DNA from: Dysidea avara | Lineage: Eukaryota | Direction of reading: 5' to 3' | Length of the DNA: 64,000 bases | Assembly: GCF_963678975.1 (NCBI RefSeq) | Contig: NC_089285.1 | Span: forward strand, 12,151,725 to 12,215,724 | In this document: positions 46,971 through 58,566 of the stretch, piece after piece | How the letters are laid out: each line of letters opens with the position of its first letter | How positions within the stretch are numbered: the first letter of the stretch is position 1 | The notes under the pieces: model-generated | What the model was told of the DNA's origin: nothing | Databases searched by the model: none | The model's input: the letters and a program-made list of their open reading frames with translations, nothing else | Made by a program: the position numbers and the translations under genes

Positions 46971-48752
46971 GTATACCACCTCGTATACCACACCATATAT
47001 ACTCTCTATGACCACACATACATACTGTATATACTTGACTCTTAAATATTCCGTTCTCTTGGCTGTGTACGTGTAGCGGACAGTATCCGATCTAGTGTTG
47101 AATCAATCGATTGTGGTATTCAGCATTTGCAAGAATGGGGAACGGCATCGAGTTGTTTAGGGTAACCCTTGATATCAATTCATCCTTGTTTACTACAATC
47201 TCCAATAGATGAGCGTATATTTGTTCTTTCCTGTTGGAGTGTTCTACTTCTTTAATCGTCCAAGTTTTTATGATAAGTATGTTAAAGAAACTCGGGTACG
47301 CCTCGTTCGTGTTACTGTAGACCATTCCGATTTACTGCTTTGTTGTATATAGGAAAAACTGAAGGCGACATCAACAGAGGTAGGTATTAGTGCTGCTGAG
47401 TGGGAATTTGTGGGTTCTGGTGGAAGAAATTCCACCAAGCAGGAGAACTTCTGAGGGAAATCCTGTGTACTACCGGTATGAACTACCCCAATGTACGCAT
47501 GTATGTTACAGCCCTCCCTCCCTCCTCATGCTCACACACACAACATGTTCATCCATGACCACTAGCTTTTATAATGTGTTTACAGATGCATGTGGAGAGT
47601 ACGTGGAGTATATGTGATTTATTACTACTTGTGTAAATGGGAGTGCCATAAAGTAACTGGCAAAGACTATAATAGCCACTCTTTAACTAGATGCAATATT
47701 GCAATATGATTGGTTACAATTATCATTAGAAAATTTTACAAAATATTTCCTTTGATGTCTGAGGTTACTAAATCCAATAGAAACTGTGGTAGGGTTACCA
47801 AATGGTTAGTAACCTGTGGTCTCACCGGTGGTTGTTTACTACATTCATCAAATGAAAATGGGCAAAGCCAAAAACAAAATGTCCTTACTGTTAGCTTACT
47901 TTCTGGACAAGACAGGCATCATTAGCATTCAATACCATTGTCCGGCACTGTGTGGCACTGACACAACAAACTTGAAGGATAAATTTCGATGCTAGCACTC
48001 ACACTGCTTAATCTAGGAAATTTTCTAAATCACTTAGAATGGGTTGACAAGGTTTCTACGCTATTTAGAGACCCGAGGACGATGTGGGCTAGACTAGCCA
48101 CAAACTTAATTACCGAGACCGCTGACCCATTCTAACTAATACTTAGTTAACGGAGACTCCGTTACATCACCTCCTGTCTTCAACAAAGCTCGACCCAAGC
48201 TTCAGCTAACTGGAGGGTTCACAGTTCTCGTCCTAGTTTTCCTAGGCACCATCAACTTCGAGTCCACATCAGCAATCTGGTTTCCGATAAGTATTAGATC
48301 ACTATGATTTGTAATGTTTGTCTACAATGTTCTCATCATCATTAGTCTGTCCATAAAAATCTGTTTGATCAGGACATAGAGATCTTCCTGATTACTACCA
48401 AGATCCATATCAACATTATTATTGTCTAACTGCAGGGTAGTAATCTGTTCATCATCTGGCTGATCATCATGTGGGCTGGTAGTTTGTTCTCCCTTGTCTT
48501 GTTGATCACCTCATTAACCTTGTCATTCAGAGATCTGTCAACCCATTTTGGTGGATGGCCTGGGCAATTGTGACGTTTGTGACGTCCGCCATATCAGTAA
48601 TGTCCAGCTGGAAAAGGTGGTGGACACTTTGTTACATGCTGTGCTGATTCCTTTGGTGAGTTACATATATTTGTTTAGCAATCACTCCAGTGCTTTCTAC
48701 TCCAGTAATTTGGAATGGCCCATACCATGGCCTTGATAATTTTTGATTGGCC

Positions 48753-49655
48753 CTAGTCTCCAATGCCCAATTTTAGACTAGTCTTCATTCTTTTATCACA
48801 TTGAATCTTGTGATTTACTTTGTGCCTTACTTTGTGCCTTCTGTATACACTCGGCAGCACACACACTTGCCCATGATAGTACTTTAACAAGTTCCTTTCT
48901 GTAACCAGTGCATTTGTTGGGATCTGTAGCAACAAAGCTGCCTCAATTTGTTGTCTGCAATCCATTCCAAACAAGAGAAATGAAGGCTTCTCAAGTGTTG
49001 CATCATGTGGGGTATTCCGCCCAGAGAACTCCATAGAGATATCTGTCCCAATGTAGTCCATAGGTGGCTGCCTGCTTTCTTAACATAGTCTTCAGATCAC
49101 GATTAAACCTCTCTGTGAGTCCATTGCATTGAGGATGGTAGGCTGTAATATTCAACATTTCAGTTCCCAGTATAGACTGCACACATCTTTCATTAGGTGT
49201 AACAATAGGTTGGTACCTCTGTGTGATAATAATGCTTCTGGCACACCAAACAAAAGTATAATATACTCTTCCACCAGTATTCTCACAATACATGTGGTTT
49301 TTTGATCTGGCATGGGGTATACCATTGTCAAGAAGTCCTTGGAGTACCAACACATGTTTATTACCTCTCTCTGTCTTTGGAAGATCCATAGTATCAATCC
49401 CCACTATCTGGAAAGGCCTCTGGACAGGTATTGGTTGCAAGGGAGGTATACCTCACCAGAGGAGAAGTACGTTGAGGGCAGGTCTTGCAGTGTATGGCAA
49501 CATCTGCATACATGCCATCCCACCACCAACAAGTTGTACAATCGATTGCTAGAAAAATGTCTAGCAAGGGGGCCACCGTGAACACTCAGGATTAGCTTTT
49601 CCTTAAGGTCATAATAAGGTGAGTTGGAACCACTGCTCATCTTCTTGACATGCAC
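48753..49655 (-). mobile_element. Ty3/Gypsy-type integrase remnant (HHCC zinc finger plus rve core) with frameshifts; LTR-like repeats at 47693-48330 and 49986-50100
   Basis: Minus-strand pieces: HGGPLARHFSSNRLYNLL...W..M...V..Y...C..C (49404-49655); PFQIVGIDTMDLPKTERGNKHVLV (49003-49440); FGVPEALLSHRGTNL (49152-49397); AYHPQCNGLTERFNRDLKTML and PSFLLFGMDCRQ (48753-49061). ATTGCAATATGATTGGTTACAATTAT occurs at both 47693 and 49986. TTAGTTAACGGAGACTCCG (48145) has a counterpart TTAGTTAACGTAGACTCCG (50030). Confidence 0.6.
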
Positions 49656-51699
49656 TTGGGGTCAGTGTAATACAACACGTTATCATCATTTCCATACTGG
49701 CTAGCTTGTGAAACTATTTTACGTGCTTGTTACTTATCCTCTGGCAGGACCCCTGATTCAATATAGCATAATACTTCAGCGACATAATGATCTTTCCTCT
49801 TCCATTGCCATTGCTGCTACATCATTGCTAAGTGTAAGCTTCAGGAGAGCTAACGTGTCATCAACTACATTATTACTACTACCCTCGACAGCAACTTGCA
49901 CTTCTAACCCACCTACACCTTCTATGGGAGCAGGTCCACAAGGGTTACGAGAGATGAACCTGCACTTGCCAAAAACCTGAAGTACATCCATAATTGCAAT
50001 ATGATTGGTTACAATTATTATAAATATTGTTAGTTAACGTAGACTCCGATCAGGTTCTTCAAAACCCTAGTATAGGGAGCAACTTTGTTGGATAATCCCC
50101 CTGTTTAGGTTAGACATATTATGGCCAACACGATTGTGGACAGAGCCAACTTCTGTTGTGCTACAGTATATTGTTTACATTTTCAGCTCCGTCTTCACAA
50201 CCATAATTACTTAACACCTGTAAAGAAGTGGATTCTCCTGGGTTTCACTGCTCTATCCAGATTAGATAATGAATTAATAATGTTGGAAGTGTAGCATCCT
50301 AGCTCTTGTGTCACAGCCTTATTTTAAAAAGGATGAGCTGGTGTGTATTGTACTCAACAACTCAGCTAGTCTCATGCACCACACCCACTTATCAAAGAGA
50401 TGTTTCCTACCTGTAGGTTATGAATAAAACCACACCCACTTTAGAAAATGTGTGTTGCTGTGTAGGTTTACATGGAGCCACACCCACCAATTGATTTGCT
50501 AAAGTTTACAACATACCTACCCATTTAGTTTACACTGACATTGTGCCCAAAATGTAGTTCTTTAAGTATCTTAATTAATATAATTGTGTTAGTGTATTGT
50601 ATCTATTGCCTATTCTGTTCATGAAGCTTTGTCCTCTTACAGTGCAGTTGTATTGCAGAGTAGAGAGTACTAACCAACTTTGTTTATTTTTGTCTTGTTC
50701 TTGCATGGGTATTGTTGTGTGTCATGTTTCTGTTGTAAGTTTATTTATGGTTGTTTTCTTTGTACCTATATGTATATCTGTAAGGGGATCACGTTTGCAG
50801 GCTTTGCCTTTGCCTTTTGTTTACCGTTGTGTTTTGACAAAAAAAAGATAATCTAATCTACTAGGGTTGTTGACTCATGGCTATGTGTATGAATTTGAAA
50901 TGACAATTTAAATACGTTATGTAGAAAATGCCGAAGACATTGAAAGAAGTTGATGAATTAGCTGAGAGGGTGAAAACGAAAAGAAAACAAAGAGAAGAAT
51001 CTGTATAATTAATGTCTACAATAACTCTCAACACATTGTGTAGTTGTTATTTGTGTAACCACTAACCACCTTATGTTAGATTATAGTCATGCATTGTATC
51101 TACACATACACCAACATAGTTGAGACTAGTACCAGCATCATGATGCATCACCATTAATTTCCTTACCATTAGAAGAAATCACAAAAATATAACCTAAAAT
51201 GGCCATCACTTGAAGTTTGTAGGAAAAAATCTGAAGTTACTATTTAGTCTTCAAATACATTCACAGTCAGTATCTGGTAGTATTAGTAGTTGCTATGTAT
51301 GCATTGCATGGTTTTGTTCTCATGTAGCTCCCTAGCCATCCAGCATCTTTGGTTCCAGCTACACAAATTGTGTAATTTGTGCAGCTGGAACCAGATGATA
51401 CTCTGTATTGTGATGTGTTGTGATTATTTTACAATTTGACACTGCACAAATTGTGTAATTTAAAAAAATTGTGTAATTAATAATAATGGTTGCATAATAC
51501 AATAATAAAATTAATTGTAAGTAAAACAATCCAAGCCAAGGGGATCATTAAGCAACTAAACTGTGTAGTCAACCTGGGGAACCGGAAACGAGGAGAGGGA
51601 AAGAGTCAGCAGTGGACAGCATACCTATGCGTGTCTGATACATGGACGAACAAGGCTCTTGTGTAGGTAGAACATTTTTGAGGACAGCAACTACCATAA

Positions 51700-51990
51700 T
51701 CAAGAGTACATAATAAAAATAGGAAGGGAGAGTGTCTAACTGCCAATACAGCCTGTACAAAATCACTGCGTATTATTGAAAAGACAATGATCTTTGAACA
51801 AATCAACACTTTTACTGACTATAGAGATCTGTTGATAGGTGTTGAGTGCTGTTGATAGGTGTTGAATAAAGTAAAGCCTTTGCTCTACCAATGTGTGGAT
51901 GCTCTATAATACGCAGTGATTTTGGCTGAAGGTGTCCTAGTTAGACACTCTCCCTCCCTATTTTTATTATGTACTCTTGCCATAATTATA
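51700..51990. mobile_element. small inverted-repeat (MITE-like) element, arms of about 75 bp
   Basis: GTACATAATAAAAATAGGAAGGGAGAGTGTCTAACTGCCAATACAGCCTGTACAAAATCACTGCGTATTATTG (51705-51780) is the imperfect reverse complement of TAATACGCAGTGATTTTGGCTGAAGGTGTCCTAGTTAGACACTCTCCCTCCCTATTTTTATTATGTACTCTTG (51905-51985). The centre holds a direct repeat TGTTGATAGGTGTTGAGTGC x2. Confidence 0.6.
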
Positions 51991-52109
51991 TACTTGGTTA
52001 AACGTCACACCTTAAAGTGCTAATAACATAAAATTGAACCTCAAAGGGAAAGTCCCGTGTTTATGGACTTAGTTTATCGATCGTGTCATTATAACAGGCT
52101 CAGTGTTAC

Positions 52110-52697
52110 ATGGCTGCTAATGCTGTGAGAGAAGATAACGAGATCGCCAACACCGTTCTCAGAGATATGCACAAAGAATTGGTGTTGCAGATTAACGTGG
52201 ACGAGATCACAATTCACTTGGTGTCTACCGGAATGATCACTAGCTCACAGCGCGAAACCCTACAGAATGACAGGTGCACAGCATCAAACAGAAATGTGTT
52301 CTTACTGAGTAATGTACTGGGAGGAAAAGGCTATTGGGGACTAAAAACACTGCTAGCTGCTCTAAGGGGTGATACTCTATATCAGCCACACATAGAACTT
52401 GCTAGTAGGATTGAAAATGAATATTGTGAGAGGTTGCAGCGTCCACGAAATATTGTGCAGTCGATACCTCAACCTCAATCTCATGTTAATCAGCAAGCTC
52501 CTGATCCCAGGACTGGTGAATCACCACCAAGTACCATGTCATCAATAATCTCTCCGCAGCAACTAGGTTCACAATATTGTCTGCAGTTCAATCATCCTGG
52601 AGAGTATAATGTGAAAGTCAACTGCTTACCTGATAACAGCGGACTGTCTCAATCTCATCTACAGCACAGAGATCGTAAGGTTGGTCGTAAGCCTTAA
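52110..52697 (+). CDS. single-exon CARD / death-fold domain protein (195 aa) with a Ser/Pro/Gln-rich tail
   Basis: Residues 10-95 (EDNEIANTVLRDMHKELVLQINVDEITIHLVSTGMITSSQRETLQNDRCTASNRNVFLLSNVLGGKGYWGLKTLLAALRG) follow the six-helix CARD pattern seen in RAIDD, caspase-2 and BCL10: amphipathic L/I/V spacing, G-hITxxxxExI, and KGxxAxxxLxxAL. The assignment is by pattern only and a search is needed. Confidence 0.45.
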   Translation: MAANAVREDNEIANTVLRDMHKELVLQINVDEITIHLVSTGMITSSQRETLQNDRCTASNRNVFLLSNVLGGKGYWGLKTLLAALRGDTLYQPHIELASRIENEYCERLQRPRNIVQSIPQPQSHVNQQAPDPRTGESPPSTMSSIISPQQLGSQYCLQFNHPGEYNVKVNCLPDNSGLSQSHLQHRDRKVGRKP

Positions 52698-53278
52698 TTG
52701 ATAGGACACCTCAATTTGGCATGCAGCAGAATTAGAATCAAGGGGTCCACAATTCCCTTGAAATCTCGTACAGCCCTCTTTGAAATCTTGTTGAAATCTC
52801 TAAAAATTGTTGTATTGTAAAGTTCTGTATATTTCCTATATACTTACGTATTTGCATTGTCACGTATGCTACGTCCAGCATCCCCACAAGTTTGCAGAGA
52901 ACACTTGAGAAAGAATTCCGCATATTATCATATACTATGTATCATGTGATGCTATTATTCCAGGTATCTAAGATTTCAAATGTTCTGAGACCTTGCCATA
53001 ATTGCTTGAAATCTTGAAAAAATTGCAAATATTTGAAATCTTGTACAGGATTTTTTGGAGTTGCAAACCCCTTGATTAGAATTAAAAATTGGATCAAGAT
53101 TTTTATTTAATTGACAACAATGAATCGAGCCACTGTTTCCTTGGATTGTATAACCTAAGATAGGTCTAGGATCTTGATTTGCTTTTGATACCTTTTAAAT
53201 AAGGCTTAGCTGCTTGATGACTTCAATAGTATTTATCAACTATATACCAGTTGGACACTGGAGGTTGAAAGGGGTGCA

Positions 53279-53404
<126 letters not shown>

Positions 53405-53699
53405 GTACACAGATGTTGTGTGTATTGGATCCCTTTCCAAAACACTATAATATATAATTGGCACTGTATTAACAGATATCTAGATTACAGTTTTGCTAAT
53501 CTCAGAGATTGTATTGTAACTGGATCCCAAGCATGTTTTTATGATTATGATGTGATTTGGGTTGAGGCTTAGAAGCCTGTGCACCCATTCAATTACATAC
53601 CTACACATACATAAATTAGATGCAATAAACAAAAATTAACTGTGAATATAATTATTACATTAACATAAATCTATAGTCATAAAAGTAATTATCTATAGC

Positions 53700-56064
53700 T
53701 TATTTAAAATTATTCAATGAAGAATTTCCTACAATATCACTTGTAAGATTGTTCCAGTCATTAATTACTCTAGTACTAAAATAGTTGACCCGACATGAAT
53801 GGTGAGCAGGGGGCTTAAGTAATTTATATGCATGACCTCTAGTTTGTGTATTGCGGGAAAGAGTGAAAAAGTTGGATTGAAGTAACCATTCAACATCTTG
53901 AAAAGAAATGTTAAGTCACCACATCTGTGCCTGTACAAAAGAGATGGTAAATTCATTGATGTCAGTCGATCTATGTAAGACTTGTCTCTTAAAGATGGTA
54001 CTAGTTTTGTAGCATGCCGTTGCATACCCTCAAGTTTACGTTGGTCCAATACATAATGGGGTCCTCAAATTACATTTCCATATTCTAATATTGGTCAAAC
54101 CATTGATTTGTAGAATCGTGACAGTACAAATTCATTCAAATTGATAAAGCTTCTTTTCATACAAGCCAATACCCTGTTCGCTTTCATAGCTACTTCAGAA
54201 GCGTGTTGGTGGAACTTTAAATTCGCATCAAATATAATACCCAAGTCCTTATGACAATTAACTGAGTCCAATGAGACACCATTAAGATAGTAGCCTCCAA
54301 AGCTGTGTGTGGCTTGACCAAAGTGAATCACTTTACATTTAGTAGCATTGAACTTCTGTTGCCACGCATCACACCATTTGGCTAGATTATCTAAATCAGT
54401 TTGGAGTTGTACATGGTCTGCCAATGTAGAAATGGTTCGTATAAGCTTGGTATCGTCTGCAAATAAAAACACATGACTTGAGATGGATTTCGGCATATCA
54501 TTAACATAAATAAGGAAGAGAAGAGGTCCTAGAATTGATCCTTGTGGAACGCCACTCTTCACATCTTGCCAACATGATTTTTTCCCCATTTAATACAACG
54601 CACTGTCTCCTATTGGATAGAAATCCATCAATCCATCTAAGAAGGTTGCCTGTAATTCCATAGTGTTCAATCTTATACAATAAACGTTTGTGTGGCATGC
54701 TATCAAAAGCTTTCTGCAGATCCATGTAAATAACATCAACAGGTACTCCTCGATCAAGTGATTTTGTTAAAATATCCATAACATGAAGTAACTGGGTAGT
54801 GCACGAATGGCCCTCTAATAAGCCAAACTGGTGGGATGTCAACAAGTTATTGGAGTTTAGATGTTCTATTATATTAGTTTTAATAATGAAATCCATAACC
54901 TTAACTACTGTAGATGTAAGACTGACAGGTCTACCATCGATTGGCCTGACATCATGGAGCCTATGAATACTCAAGAAGCATGGGGATTTTTCAAGACAGT
55001 ATTTCAAGATATTATTGATAAATTTGTACCACTAACAACGGGAGTAAGGAAGAAAAGAAATATTTACATGTCTCCTGAGGCATTCAGAATGAAGAAATTA
55101 AAGCGGAAATTGTGGAAAAATTATACCTTGTCCAAAGCTGACCATGACTACACAGCTTTTAAGGAAGCTAGAAATAAGTTTCGATGTCTAACAAGAAATT
55201 TAAAGATTAATCACGAACAACATCTAGTCTCTAACATTGGAAGAAGCCCTAAAAGTTTTTGGCATTATGTAAACTCAAATATGAAAACAAGATCTGGTAT
55301 TGATAGTATCCAACGTCCTGATGGTTCTGCAGCTACTTCTGATCCAGAGAAGGCTGAATTATTAAATTCATATTTCGCAAGTGTTTTCACTAATGAAAAT
55401 TTAACCAATTTTCCAGCCCTAGATCCAGAAGCTTCAGTACCAAAGTTGGAAAACATAACAATAACTGCTTCATTAGTATTTGATGAATTGAATAGGCTAA
55501 AAACAGATAAATCTCCAGGTCCAGAGGGTTGGCCTCCACGTATATTCAAATAATTTTCTGACCAACTATCAGTTCCACTGTCCGTTTTATTTAATAAGTC
55601 TTTCCAGTCTGGTGTTCTGCCATCGGAATGGAAAATTGCTTTTGTTACCCCTATTCATAAGAAAGGAAGTAAACCATCTTACATGTAATTATATGAAATG
55701 CTGCACGCATATTGTCAAAGTCAGCTCTGTTGACATTGTATCTAGGGGTGTGGTTTGGTTTGATGGTAGAATAGCAAGATAGGTGAAAACGAATGCATAC
55801 ATGATCACTATTTCCCAAGCCTGGAAGATAATCAATGTGATTGATCATATCAGCTTCATTTGTAAACACGAGGTCAAGCAAACTGGGAGTAGTGCCTGGT
55901 CTAAAACGAGTTGGTTCTTGAATGTGCTGGAATAAAAAAAGATCTTGAATAGTGTCTATGAAGGATTCAACATGAGTATTCCTTGGGTTCACTGACATGT
56001 TAGACCAAACAATATCTTTCATATTAAAATCCCCACATATCAATAAATGAGTAAAATCATTCAA
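53700..56064 (-). mobile_element. CR1/L2-like non-LTR retrotransposon (APE endonuclease, reverse transcriptase, C-terminal domain), 5' truncated, frameshifted and internally rearranged
   Basis: Minus strand: endonuclease C-terminus at 55651-56064 (LICGDFNMKDIVW...HIQEPTRFRPGTTPSLLDLVFTN...PGLGNSDHVCIRF); reverse transcriptase at 54095-55007 (RPVSLTSTVVKVMDFII...GLLEGHSCTTQLL...YMDLQKAFDSMPHKRL...; ...GVPQGSILGPLLFLIYVNDMP...FLFADDTKLI...); C-terminal domain at 53765-54049 (QRHATKLVPSLRDKSYIDRLTSMNLPSLLYRHRCGDLTFLFKM). The plus strand at 54945-55680 encodes the EN-RT linker and RT start of the same family (DWPDIMEPMNTQEAWGFF...DKSPGPEGWPPRIFK...LSVLFNKSFQSGVLPSEWKIAFVTPIHKKGSK), inverted relative to its flanks. 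Confidence 0.85.
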
Positions 56065-58566
56065 TTCTTCCAGTAAAGTACAAAGTGAGGATGTTTAGGC
56101 CAAGAATTTCACATATCATTATAGTCATCGGTTATTGTTGCATGGCACCAGTGCTATTGGACTGTTGTCTCTTATCGTATTTTGTAAGAATAGATTTTCC
56201 CTCTGTTTTAAGCAGATGAAGGGATTATCGAATGAAGATTGTTACTGTATGAATTGTATATAATTATCAGGTTATTATCAAGTCACTTATTTAATGTGTT
56301 TTTTAGGATACATCTGAGAGTCATGATGATAGCGACTTTTACTCCTCTTGTCATTCCTCACTAACATCACTATCTGTGAGTGTAATGGTCATCACTAAGA
56401 AAGTATTTATGCTTACAGTGTATATATATATATAAGTGACTAGAATTCTTTTTTTGGGAGAGTTTCACTGTTTTAAGTAAATTCTATGTTTCAGGCTCAA
56501 TATTTTCCTTACTGAATGCTTCAAATTTTCTTTGTGAAAATGTTTACAAAGCCAACCCATATTAAATTTGTACAAAAGTTTTTATAATGTACGTACTACC
56601 GGTATATATAGTTTTACCACTGTGATAGTAATGCCCTTTCAGTGATGTTATTTCTTCCTAGCAACCAGCAAGGACAAAATTACCACCCACAACAGCATTG
56701 CGGAGACCAGCTAATTTAGCTGAGACTGTCTCAATGGCTGTGTTACAGAAGGTGATCTTATGTATGTGTAGTTGTCATTTGAGTAACTACAATTATTATT
56801 TACTATTAAGCTTCTTACCGTGCATTGCAATGAAAAAATATACTCTATCTACTGCTATAGCATTTACCATTTACCTCACTTTGAAATAGCTTTTGTTCTG
56901 TTGCCATTGCTAACATTTTATGTAAATACATGCATACAAATTTCGAGGAATATAGATTCTGTGAGTAAGTACAATGGTTTCTCAGTTTAAATGGATTTAA
57001 CAATCAAGGATTACTCCTATCCCACATAGAAATGCTTTTAGCATGGAGAAAGAAAATTTTTTAGACAGCAATGGAATAATATACATCCTAGTAAATGCAG
57101 TACCAAGAGTAGTAATCTCTATTGATAGTACTGTGAAACCTTATTAATAAGGCCACCTATGGAACTATAAATTTTGGCCTAGCTTGATAATAATGAAGTG
57201 ACCTTATTGAGGAGGGAATGAAGTATACTTCAGCTGTGTAGGTGGTTGCTATTAGGCTGCAGGATTCCCCCAATGCAACATAATAGTCAGGGTGTAGCCA
57301 AAAAAGTTTAGTAGACAAGGCACACTTGTTAGCGTCAAGGTAGGTGACTGCCCTATTAGAGTATTTCAATCATTTGCAGAGCTAAACTTTCTTCATTTAA
57401 TTTTTTTGGGAGATATTTAAGTAAAAACCCATCGTAAGAAAGATAACAAAATAGGTTATTGAGATAATAGTAAATCTTTGTAAATCAATCATAGTCAGAT
57501 GGAAAACTTGTGGAAAGATGTCAGATTAGTTGAGGTTGAGGAAGTGAAAATTTTTCTGCACTATGTGACTTTATGTCAACTGTATTTACAATACCGTCCT
57601 ATGATGTCACATCAGTATATTTTATCAAGATTATTGAAATAAAATGGTTGTACATCACACAACCCCAACCAAGGCAGCGTCTCAATGGAAGCTATACTAC
57701 TGCTATATATATATACATACTGAAAACTGTTTGCAACTATTATTTATAATGCTTTGACAGGCCATAATAAAGATACACCATATATAATGTATCACGCAGC
57801 CAAGAAACTCCTGTGTAGGCACTCAACAGACAAAGTGTGTATTAAGAAAGTGCAGTTTTTATGCATCCACAGATTTCAGGTATGGAAGGTTTGTACTGCA
57901 AAAGTGGTTCATGCATTACTAAGCTGATATTTGCCTTCAATGTTTGTGTTTTTCTTATTCTTCTTACTTAGAAAATTTGTCAGAACACACGTAACCTTTT
58001 TGATTCTCTTCAAGCTTTGAGAACATATTACAGTAAATTTGTAACCCAAAGTTCATTTGGGTTGGTAAAATGTTACCCATGATTTTAGAAAAATCAATTG
58101 CAATTTGTTTTCATGCCTACTATACCTAAGCCGCCGACAAAGCTAGCTAAATTTTCTTGCATTCCTCAAGTAAAGTATTGAGGTACTATCTCTTTCAAGG
58201 AATTGTAATCAAATCAATGATCAAGGAGTTATAACAGCATTTGTAACAAGCCTACAGGCTGCTATCAATAGTGGGATTTATTGTCATGCCTACCACACAC
58301 TGTACCACCACTGTTAATATGTCAATTACAATGAACACACATACATACTCACATATATATGAAAAGAATCATAGCCAGTCCTCAGTGTTGTATCCATGAG
58401 GAAACTGTTGCCATGCCTGGATAGACTGTGTAGAGAGGTAGGATGGAAATGTAATTAAGCCAGTTTGTTTTGGTGACTATGTATCATTCAATCTACTGGA
58501 GACTAAATCTGATAATGTGACTATAAATATGTTAACTAGCATGAGAAACTACAAGAAGCACGAGAT

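Noticed and set aside
54861-55553. 230-aa plus-strand ORF treated as an independent gene
   Set aside because: Its first about 30 codons are antisense to the minus-strand RT. The remainder is the LINE EN-RT linker plus RT start (KSPGPEGWPP). It is part of the rearranged retrotransposon, not a host gene.
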